This document shows, in pieces, positions 23,610 through 34,016 of a stretch of DNA of 44,390 nucleotides. The stretch comes from Trypethelium eluteriae (lineage: Eukaryota), in assembly GCA_051942245.1 (NCBI GenBank), contig JAVECL010000143.1, forward strand, positions 1 to 44,390, read 5' to 3'. Positions within the stretch are counted from its first letter, which is position 1. The number at the start of each line of letters is the position of its first letter. The notes beneath the pieces were generated by a model. It was not told where the DNA came from, ran no database searches, and saw only the letters and a list, made by a program, of their open reading frames with translations. Made by a program: the position numbers and the translations under genes.

Positions 23610-25431
23610 ATGCAGCAGTCTGAACTGAAGAAGGTCCTTTCCATTCGGAGTTTAGTAGAGTTGGCAGGTACGCATGACGTCCAAACGTCCGAGGACCAGG
23701 AAAGGGTCCTTCATCGTGACCTAAGCGAATATGGACGCCGGCGGAGTACAACGGGCCCATATGCAGACAATCTCGACGTTGACGTCCTCATCGTTGGTGC
23801 TGGCTTTGGCGGCACGTTTCTGCTTTATGAGATGCGAAAGGCAGGTTATAAAACAGTGCTTTATGAGGCAGGCACAAGCTTTGGAGGCACCTGGAGGTGG
23901 AATAGGTATCCCGGAGCCCGGGTGGATTCCGAGGTGCCCGTCTACGAGCTTTCTATCCCGGAAGTCTGGAAAGAGTGGACCTGGAGTACCAATTATCCGA
24001 ATTATCAAGAGTTGCAACAGTACTTTGATCACGTTGATAAAGTCCTCGATCTAAGCAGAGACTGCGCCTTCGAGACATGCGTGACAGGAGCTGAATTTGA
24101 TGAGCAGTCGGGTAAATGGAATGTGAGGACTGTCGATGGACGAACAGCAAAGGCACAATTCTTGATCGTCGCGGCAGGGTTTGCCGCCAAACGCTATATT
24201 CCCGATTTCAACACTCTCGAAAAGTTCAAAGGGACGATGTTCCATTCATCTTTCTGGCCCACGGATGGTGTTGACGTACGTGGGAAGCGGTGCGCTGTCA
24301 TCGGGACGGGCGCATCTGGTGTCCAGATTGCGCAAGAATGGGGGCCGATCGCAGGTGAACTAAAAGTTTTTCAACGTCAGTACAATGATCCTGATATCGC
24401 TCCCAAACTAAGGTTTTTCAGGCACTCCCAACCTTGCAATACCAATGGGGAAAAGAGACCTCAGTGTGGAGGAGCAGAGCAGATTAAAGCCATTCTATCC
24501 CGAGCTTTATGCCTATCGTGAGACAACATTTGGCGGGCTCTGCTTTGATTTCTCCAAGAAAAACACCTTCGATGATTCGCCTAGCCAGAGACAAGAATTT
24601 TACCAGCAGCTTTGGGATCATGGTGGGTTCGCGTTCTGGCTGGGGAACTATAAAGATTATCTTTACGACGCGAAGGCAAACCGAGAAGTCTACAATTTCT
24701 GGGCGAAGAAGCAGCGATCCCGTATCCATGACCCTCGAAAACGAGATCTTCTTTGTCCACTTGAGCCTCCGCACCCATTTGGTGTCAAGCGTCCCTGTCT
24801 GGAACAGAACTTCTACGAACAATTCAACCGACCGAATGTTGATGTCGTTGATATCTCCGAAGCTTCTGGCAACGCGATTGTAGAGTTTACGGAGACTGGT
24901 ATCAAGACAGCTGATGGCAGCCACCATGAATTGGATGTGATTGCGATTGCCACTGGGTTTGATATTACTACTGGTGGTATGACTAGTATGGGTCTAAAAT
25001 CAGTCAAAGGGACATACCTTCAAGACGAATGGAAGAAGGCGGCACACACATATTTGGGTACCACGGTTTCGGGTTATCCAAATATGTTCCATCTGTATGG
25101 GCCTCATGGACCCACGTTGCTTTCAAATGGTCCAACTAGCGTCGAGATCCAGGGTCGCTGGATCAGAGACGCGATAAACAAGATCAATTCGCAGAAGTTG
25201 AAATTCATCGATCCCACAGAGGAGGCCAGCATGATGTGGAAGAATCGGATCAACGAGCTGAGCGATATAAGCCTTTTCCCCACGACGAAATCAACGTACA
25301 TGGGCGGCAGTCTTCCGGGCAAGGCATTTGAACAGGTCAACTATGCTGGTGGCATGTCGAAGTATAAGGAAGAGATAAACGCAGTTTTGCCAGATTGGAA
25401 AGGATTCAGGACTGTGGCAGTTGGAGGATAG
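23610..25431 (+). CDS. Type I Baeyer-Villiger monooxygenase (cyclopentanone/cyclohexanone monooxygenase-like); at least 2 exons
   Basis: VLIVGAGFGG, GGTWRWNRYPGARVD, the BVMO fingerprint FKGTMFHSSFW, VIGTGASG and ATGF. Intron 24376-24421 restores VFQRTPNL. The start codon is uncertain. Confidence 0.92.
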
Positions 25432-25689
25432 GCCGTAACTCAATTTTTGGACGAAGGGCAGGATTTCGTAGCTGACTTGGCATGGAGCTACGCGATTCTG
25501 GGGTGGAACAATGTTCAGCAGTCTTAACCAATGAATGCACTTACGTATTTGACATTTTTGTATTTGTTTTGGCCGATTGCTAGCTCTTCCGTTCTCCGAA
25601 TGCATTATTGACCGGCTCTCAGCCTAGTCTCCGCGTAGGGAAGTCGATCCGGACTATACATCGATGCCTCTCTGGCCGCATACCAAGTA

Positions 25690-26110
25690 AGGATATGGAA
25701 GAATGGGTTTCTCCACTATCTTCGTATGCGGATTTATCTGTGAAGGCGTTCTACGGGACTACGCCCGCATTAGGCTCACTCATTCATCAAAACGCGCTCA
25801 AGGACCGGACTGCGATGTGCCAAAGGGGCCAGCCTAACTGCTTATATCGACTGCACTCTCACGGGTGCTACGGATCCGGTTCACATTGCGAGCGGCCTGA
25901 AGGCGCCGGTAGGAACTGCCGTATGGTTCTCAATGGCGGTACTGCTGTAGACGTGGCAATCCCATACTTCATGGAGATGAAGAAGAATTTTCCGATCAAG
26001 AGATGGCTCATGTGCAATGGAGAGCACATACGAACCCTTGTTAGGATGGCCGACACCGGGATCTTCAAACTATTTAGAAAAAGGTGCTGGCCTCGAAGCC
26101 GTTAAAAGGT
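25690..26110 (+). pseudogene. Degraded ankyrin-repeat gene fragment
   Basis: Ankyrin-like pieces in different frames: YADLSVKAFYGTTP, DPVHIASG, LNGGTAVDV, and IFKLF/LEKGAGLEA joined by a frameshift near 26072. Confidence 0.5.
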
Positions 26111-26599
26111 ATTCCCTGGATGAGTCGGAAGTGGCCTTTGACGGACTAGGGCAACATCTGCTTGGGGAAAACAAGCAATCATCATTCCATGATCAATGTG
26201 GACAGTGAGTCCAGGATCGGGGCTGAATTTTGATTGTCAATGGTTAACCGTATCTCAGGCCAAGATTCAGTCATGTAGTTCGCCAGCTTCTGGATTTCTA
26301 TGGCAGGTTGACTCCTTTTATGGGGTGATTTTCCGCATTTTATAGCGAAATTGAATCGTTCACAGTCCTGATCCCGAAGTCGAGAGGCAACCGTTCTGAT
26401 ACGGAGCCTTAGCCTTAGTATCCAATTAGTAGAAGAGACATGAGGGATGAAAAATGATAGTTGTAACGATGCCGGAGTTTCGGCCTTGTGGACCAAGACG
26501 CACGAGCCATGCCGTTTGTACACTTCATTCCCGTCTGCGTCCCTTGTCTTAGCAATTGATATGCACAGCTGACCTCTTCGCACATTCCTTGGCTGAGAG

Positions 26600-26893
26600 T
26601 GGTCTTCGCGGTCGGCTAGGACAGGAAACCCTCTACTCTCGTGGAAGAAGAGGTAATGAGGTGGGTGCCTTCCGCTTCTAGCCAACACCGCATGAAGACT
26701 AACGATGATCTCCTCATAGTAATGGCGCCCTGAACATTATCTTCAGCTCCTCCCAACATATCTCCAACTCGAGTCTCGTCCGACAAGGTCATCTCAGATA
26801 CGTCTCGGAACTTGTACCGCATACAGGCGACCGTTTCTAGACGCGTTTCAAGTGCCTACAACATCATGAAACCCACTCTTCGTACCTAGTCCC
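26600..26893 (-). pseudogene. Possible degraded protein-kinase N-lobe fragment
   Basis: Pieces in the expected order across stops and frameshifts: LGTKSGFHDV (G-loop-like), NGRLYAVQV (VAVK-like), EELKIMF (alphaC-like), IIVSLHAV, HYLFFHE. No HRD or DFG found. Confidence 0.3.
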
Positions 26894-27367
26894 TTTGTGC
26901 AGTGAAGCTTCCTGCTCAAGATCGGGACATGATATCCGTCAAAATTCCTAACTGCGGGTTTAAAAGAGTTGAGCTCTTGAGCGCGGAAAGGTAGGTGAAG
27001 GACAGGAAGAGTTTTTTAGGAAAGCGGCTGGCTTTTATTCAACTCGATCGAGTTGATTGATAGGAAATGAGGCCTACGAGCTGCGCATGCGAGGTCTATA
27101 AGCATGGCAATCTGCAATGTGCTCGATCCCTTGATACTCCGGCAAGGCGAGGCTGATGGAACGGAAGGGTGGTGGTCAGGATGCTTGAAGCTTCAGGAGA
27201 AGAAGAACATCAACGAAGAAACCTCTACTCCATAATGTAGAACTCTGCAAAAGGGAAAATCATATTTTGATCAGAACAACCATTTGCCATCGATTTCCCT
27301 TCTTTGAATCTCAGTCGGCTGTAAAGGGACTGCCTTACGCATTTCCAAAGCAACTTCCTATAGCATC

Positions 27368-27755
27368 TTACCAGCAAGACGCACTCATGTCACGAAATGA
27401 GTTCTTACCACAATGTACCTCGCCATTTTGGTGGTGTGCATTTCAGTCACTAACAAAACGAACCTCGAAACCTGCCTTAGCATACATCGCGGTAGCCGCT
27501 TTAGCGGGGGTATCTTTTCCATCCATGAGTGGTCCGTACGATTTTGGTCTGGTGTATGTATTCCCTCCATCGAAGACGGACGCGTTGATGATGTGTCGAA
27601 AGAAAGCCATTGCTTTGAAGTTATTCCCGGTGAAGAATCCCTCTTTCCAGAACAGACTTGGCAGGTGCAAAATCTCCGTATCGTCTATTTCAATCTTTTG
27701 CTTCAAGGTCTAGATATTGGCATCAATCCGTTTTGCAGCTTCACCGTTGAGGCTT
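27368..27755 (-). pseudogene. C-terminal fragment of a protein-arginine deiminase (PAD) gene with two in-frame stops
   Basis: One frame reads NGEAAKRIDANI*TLKQKIEIDDTEILHLPSLF...AMAFFRHIINASV...PKSYGPLMDGKD...VRFVSD*NAHHQNGEVHCGKNSFRD...W*. This matches the PAD C-terminus, including the catalytic GEVHCG(T)N motif. Confidence 0.8.
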
Positions 27756-28365
27756 GCTTGAAGTCAGTGAAATCTTGGAAGTTAAAGTTCTGGCCGGAGC
27801 GGGATTGAAGAGAGGAACTCAGACTTCAAGGCTTTGTGGTAAGGATTGAGACTGGAATATTCTAAGTGAGAGCTTTTTTGATACTAAGTAAATCATGACT
27901 GGAAATTTGAGTCTACCCGGATGGCCTGACCAGCGACCGCGCTCAGGTATAACGACAATGTTCCTGCTCCAATGTTTCAATACGGCAAACAAGGAATAGA
28001 AAGAGGACTGGCGGAAAGCTTGAAAAAATCTACGTAAGCTTTAATATAGACATGTTTAGGAAACAAAGTATGCGAAATAGCTAGATCGAGAAACTTGTTA
28101 GAGCTCTCATTTGATGAGAGCTCTCTAAATCGTTTCACCCTACACAGATATGGACAGTGTGCTTGCTCGCGAACGCGAAAAATAGCTAACGATCCTTCAA
28201 TGGATCCATAAATGAATGGCAGGCGTGGCTCCCAATTGTTTCACAAAGTCAACTCACCTAGTCGTTTCCATTTCCCACACCGGATTCAGGCTCATCCTAC
28301 TACTCTCCCCACTCCCTACGAGTCTCCTTGTGAAGAAATGGGCCGGTCCTTTTCATCTGGCAAAC

Positions 28366-29861
28366 TCACGACTGAATGGCTCCATCTGCCACTGTTCCTG
28401 TGGGACCTCCATACAGTGAGAAACCAGGACAAGCCGTGAGCGCGCTTTGATTCACGCTCCCGATCGGCGTGCAATTTAAGCCGGACAATGGGCTTGTCAG
28501 TGGTCCGATAAGTGAGGCTAGCTCTGAGGTACTAAGTCCAGTTATCAAAGGCAGCTCGGCCAAAGCAAATTCGACAGCGAAGCAGAAGGGATTAGCAGCA
28601 GCTTGTTCGGCCGTATAGGCACCATTCGTAAGTATCGCAGGATCGATGATGCTGAAGCTATTGACCGTGCCTTTATTGCATCCGGGCAAATTGATTTGGG
28701 GCGAGGTCTCAGAAAAGTATAGGATATCGGTAATAAAGTAGGGGATCGAATATTCGTCAATAGGATTCCGCTTGTACCAATTGTCGGGAATTCGCTCGTT
28801 CCCAGGGACCCACGTGAGCTGTCGGAGGCAGTCAGTCAAGGTTTACAGGTTGGATCAAGGAGGCTGACTTACATTATCCTCGGGACCATAGATGGACATA
28901 AAGCTTTTCAGAACATCTTTATTCAATATTCCTTCAGGATATTCCGCCGACTTATTTGCCATGAATCGGTAAATAAACGAGAAGGCCGCCTGGGTAACTG
29001 CGGTTCCGCTGAATGGCAGATATGCAAAGTAGGGGTTTTTATCGATGCTTTCTTGAAACCGCTGACCTCGGAATGTGCGGAGAACATCCAAATTGTAATT
29101 GGCAGCAGATGCATTAGGTTGTAAATTATACAGATTGTTGAATTGCTCCATGACCAAGCGGCTGTTTGAACCATACTGGTTAAGATCTGCCATGAGAGGA
29201 GAGCTGTCGCCTTCATAGTTGTTGTGTGAGCCTCCGATTCCGACGTGAGGATCTCCAGCAATTGACCACGAGGTTAAAGGCCCATCTACAACAGCACCAT
29301 AGGTTGCCAAGAAGAGACTAAGGTCCTGTCAATGCTAAGTCAGGCCATATTCACGCTATTTGAGTAAGGACATCTGGAGGCTCATTTGCTTTCAATCCAC
29401 AATGTCCCCCATCCATGGTGGATCAGTAAAAAGCCAGAACGGAATAGTGGGGGAAATTGTGCATTAGTAACTACAGAAAAACGTACTGGTGACATGCCAA
29501 ACACTGTTTGAGCGGCATTGTAAAATTGCTGGATTGTTGCATATCCATTGTGTGGTAGATAGCCGTGATTTGCCATAGCGTTGAGACCTGGACATTCTCC
29601 CCTCTGATCGCCAGGCCCGGGAGCAACGAAAGCATAATCTCCTTGATTGCTTACATATTGTGCCGCCGCATCAAAGGGTGGAGGTGTCGCAGGCAAGGCT
29701 CCAGCACCTTGCGGTGCGGTTGAGTCAACTTGTCTCTTTAACTTCTGCTTAAAGGCTTCTGCGTAAACCGGTCCCATGAATTGATCCATTTTACCAGGAA
29801 AGGCAGTAACGTTGGAAGCCAGTATGACGACCGTAGCCGTAAAGAGAGTAACTGTCTTCAT
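28366..29861 (-). CDS. Secreted heme-thiolate peroxidase / unspecific peroxygenase family protein (Peroxidase_2), long type; 3 exons
   Basis: Exons 29861-29487, 29325-28873, 28818-28366. Signal peptide MKTVTLFTATVVILASNVTA; propeptide ending KLKR; PGPGDQRGECPGLNAMANHGYLPH; SHNNYEGDSS; RFQESIDKNPYF; ERIPDNWYKR. Alternative ATG at 29888. Confidence 0.9.
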
Positions 29862-31273
29862 GACGGAGAGGAGTGAAATTGAAGTCATTGTAGAAAATGA
29901 ACGATAGGTAGAAAGGAGCAGTGAAATATAGACATCGAATTATGATAGCATTTCTCAACCCGAGCGCATGAAAAGCAAGATCCACATCCGATATCTGAAG
30001 AACCCGAGACCCCGGATTGGCAGGAGATTGGCTTGCATGGTGGAAGTGTACTTGTCTAATCTTGGACGCTATCGTACATTCCGGATGTGGACCGGGCCAT
30101 TAGGGGAAAGCAACGGACTTCAAGGGTGACAAGGGCAGTCTGTTTCACCTCCCCATTAGAATTATCTCGCAGAGTAAGTCAAGGTAATCCACGAGTATTG
30201 AAACGACAGGGGTGTAGGGCGTTCGGGCTCATATCATCCTCGATCTTGGAAGGAGACTGGAGTCTAAGGTCAGCAGATCAACGGTGTGGCTTTTTTTTTT
30301 AGCCGTAGAGGCAGGTACGCCATATTTCAACGGGTGAGCGCCAGCAGGCCATTCCTGCACGCATGCAGACCAGGCACAGGCACCGGCAGGTACATGTTTG
30401 TCACGACAAACGGTCTCACAGAGGGGTGGAGACATGGCTTGCTTCCCGTTGGATCGACGATGTGACCACTGAAAGAGCGTCGTTGAAAGATCCACTGACG
30501 AATGATAGGACGGTAGGTTCTGCACATCAGGGCACTAGAATATCTCTGTAGGGAAGATTCCGCACGGGAGACGAATGGCGTCCTGCGGTTTTCGTGTTTC
30601 GGCAGAGCGAGAATCGTCGCAAGGTACGGAACACTAAGGCTGAATACGGCCGTCCGGATATAAACAGATGGTCTTAAAGCTTAGACCCCAGAGTACGTAA
30701 TCGCAAGAGAGTACATAGATCGCTTTTCAAAAATTGCCTTGGCAAATATATATCAAACGTAGCGCAATGATCCACATCTAGCGACCGGATCATTAGGAGG
30801 CCTAAAAGCTTAATGGGACGTTCAATGGGTGATGGGAAAGGTACGACTGCGAGTATTCAATCGTCAAGAGGTTTAGATTTGGAATACTAGGCTTATTGAA
30901 TTGCTCACTGGCCTTTTTGTATTTTAGGGACGGAGGTCTCTGAGAGCAACAAACGAGGATTTGGCAAAGAATTGGGAATGTCTTCGAACCTTGATAGTAA
31001 AAGGGCTGTACACACAAAGTTCTGAAGCGTACTGAGATATGTACCTACTGTTCAGCTTGCGACAATCTCGCAGGACACGAATTCTTCGGGACTTGGTCTT
31101 TTTTCAGTCGATGTATTAACGGTGGTCGGCTATAATTTGCCTATGTACTTGCTGGGTCTATCTAACGCTCCACAGATAGGAGCAAAATCTAGCAACTCAG
31201 GTGTGAGAAGGGTATCGCCCATTCAACCTCTTCGCTGTATCCCGCAAGGATGCGTTCTGTGTCCCCCTGCCAT

Positions 31274-34016
31274 CTAATTTCCCGCCACAAAATAAGGATC
31301 GACAAAGCCAAATAACTTGCTGAAGTCGCTCTTCGCCTTTGAGACGACCCACTTCTGGTCCCATCGCTCTTCCGGTTTGCATCCACAGCAACCCTCTGCG
31401 CCAGAACTGGACATTGGACTGCCCGGAGCAGATGCTGTTGGTGCTTCTGTTGATACATTGCTGCTTGCTTCACCATTTGGTGCACCAGGTGCTACGTATT
31501 TGGTAACAGTTACGACAGGTGGCATGGGGGGAAGAGTAGGCTGAGCAACACCAGCAGAAGCGGGAGAGCCTCCTGTAATTCCGGCAATGCCACTTCCTCC
31601 GCTGGCCTTGGATGTCGGCACAGAGGCAGCGGAGGCGAGAGCGGACGAGACAAGCGCAGAAAGGGAAGCTGCCTTGGGAGAAGAACCCTTGCCAGAAGAC
31701 CCGCGGCCTGATCCAAGGCCAGACCCAAGGCCAGACCCGAGGCCTGATGGAGCAATGCCAGATCCACTTGAGTTAGACGAGCTCTGAGCGCTTGGAACTG
31801 GAAGTGAAAAGGTTGAGGGTGATGCAAGTGTTGCAGCTCCCACTGGGGTCGTAGAGGTGCTGTTTGATGGCCCGCAGGAACCGGACGTCACTGGAGCGCT
31901 TCGGATGATGTCGGCAGCCTTCTCAGCGACGCCATATACCACAGCCTGCAAGTGGGCGGCCGGTAATAGTGGGAAAATACTAGCGTCAACGACACGAAGG
32001 TTCGTCGTTCCATAAACCAAAAGGTTTGAGTCGACCACACCTCCGAGCTCTTGCGGCATCATTGCACAAGTACCAGATACATGGTACTCGGTTCGCAATC
32101 CAGTCCGTAGAAGCTGCATAAGTGAATCATCGCTTGCGCCTGCTTGTGGAACTGTTTGTACGGGGTTGAGTGACGCCATTGCTGGGTGGGCGATGATGCG
32201 GTCATTAAAGTGGAGGGTAGCCAAAAGGACTTGCATATCAACGGGGTTTGAGCCGTAACGAGGGTCAATGGCAGGCGGCGTGAACGGATCAGTGGATGAG
32301 ATCTGTATTGAGCCACGTGAGAATGGCCGCATGTTGCTCAAGGTCATGGTTCCTGCGTTGTTGTTCAGTAGCTCATAAACTCCACGGTTTTCATCCCGAA
32401 GGGCATTGACAAGCAGAGCTTGCTGCGCTGCGTAGCCTGCAACTATAGTCGGGTCGAGTCCAGCAGCCAGGTAGTCGCCAGCTGACTGAGCTGCGGCCAG
32501 GTCAGCGATAGACGTGTTCCCATCTACAATGGAAGGAAGTGATGGAAAGGCGTCACCATCCGGCGAACCCAAACACCAAGGACCAGTTGCATTTGCGTGA
32601 TAGTCAGCAGCCGCAGTAGCATTCCAGGACGGATCGGTAGAAAGTCGCGTTGGGAGAATGTATTCGCTTGTATTGTATGGCGTGTAAGTATCAATCATGT
32701 AATGGTCTTGCAGATTAAAGCCCACACCAGCCAGGTTATTCAGCACGGGAACACCGAGCCTGGAGAGGAGGTCCTGCGGGCCTAAACCAGACAGCTGCAA
32801 GAGCTGGGGAGAATGAATGCTACCACCGGAGATGATCACCTCACGTCGAGCAGTGACGTTCATACGAGGAGCGGCCCCATCAGGAGCATACTTAAAAGAT
32901 GTCAGCACATGTATTCATTCGTCGGTACGGGTTATACGTGGAAGATATTGGCATGGGACGCAAGCTTACCTCTACACCAATTGCATGCAGATTGGGGCTA
33001 TTGCACGACGAATTTCCAGCCAGGGCGTGTCCTTGGTGCAAAACATTTCGTTTGCGGCTTGAAGGGGTTGCGACTGGAGGTGGCCCAAAAATGCCGTTCG
33101 AGACAGCCGCCGACCCAGCGCCATTCTCCTGTCCGCCTGCAGCACCTTCTGCCCCGGCCTGGCCCTCAAATAGCACACGCGTGACTGTTTGTCCAGTGCT
33201 GACATACAAATTAGGTCTTGATGCCGCAGAGTCATAGTAAGCCCTTCGTGCAGTGGAACGAGTTTGCGAGACAGGATCCAGATCAAGTGGAAGATACGTG
33301 ATTCCTGCGGTCCCATCGTTGACGTCCTCTGCTGTGGGCACTCCAAGGGCGCTAAGTGCTTGATATAAGGGGATGGTCTCGTTATATCTCCAATTCGAAT
33401 AGCTGACGTTAACAGGTCCAGTGGATCCATGGATTCCCATGTCGGGTTCCATGTAATATTGAGTGTCGAGCTGCTGTGAAGATGGCGGTGTGAATGTCTC
33501 GCTCTGTGGTCCATTAGTAAAATGTTTATATTGCAAAACAGGCGGGACACGTACGCGCATGAAATAGGGAAGCATGTCTTCCCAGGACCATCCGGGGTTA
33601 CCTAGAGCCTCCCAGTCTGCATAGTCGCCTTGGCCACCACGGTTCCAGAGCATTCCGTTGATGATGGTCCCACCACCCAGTGCGTGTCCTTGAGGTATAG
33701 CTCGAGGAGTACCATCAAGGTAAGTCTGTGGTACAGTTGACAAATTCCAGTCATATCGCGTGCCGACTTCGGAGCCCATAAAGACGGGAATTTCGACTCC
33801 AGGTTCACCATTGTCGGCAGGACCTGCTTCAAGAACAAGGACTGTAACGGAAGAATCCTCAGAGAGCCGATTTGCCACGGTCAAGCCAGCAGCACCTCCA
33901 CCCACAACAATATAGTCGTACTCAGCGAGCAGAGGTGTATTAAGCGGGAGGGCATTAGCAGTGAAGAAAGTCGAGAGAGTGCAAAGAAAACTAAGAGAGA
34001 GAGCTTTGGGACCCAT
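31274..34016 (-). CDS. Secreted GMC oxidoreductase (AA3_2-like) with internal insertion and long Ser/Gly/Pro-rich C-terminal tail; 3 exons
   Basis: Exons 34016-33555, 33503-32970, 32890-31274. Signal peptide; YDYIVVGGGAAG; GHALGGGTIINGM; EVIISGGSIHSPQLLQLSGLG; VGFNLQDH; RPFSRG; catalytic His pair EYHVSGT and PAAHLQA; GTTNLRVVDAS. Confidence 0.93.
31706..31748 (-). repeat. 12-bp coding tandem repeat, (SGLG)x3, in the GMC tail
   Basis: Plus strand cctgatccaagg ccagacccaagg ccagacccgagg cctgat encodes SGLGSGLGSGLGSG on the minus strand. Confidence 0.75.

Noticed and set aside
24361..24521. Apparent frameshift or overlap between the two BVMO ORFs
   Set aside because: Explained by a 46-nt GT-AG intron (24376-24421) that restores the conserved FQRTPN motif.
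11648..27445. Genetic code with TGA=Trp, suggested by TGA at probable Trp positions in both GT61 and the PAD fragment
   Set aside because: TGA is the normal terminator of the HPP, GT61, FAD oxidase, peroxygenase and vps5 genes. Trp is TGG where checked in intact genes, and the PAD relic also contains a TAG.
29326..29486. Unusually long (161-nt) peroxygenase intron as a possible stwintron or snoRNA host
   Set aside because: No nested donor/branch/acceptor set of plausible size and no C/D box pair found.
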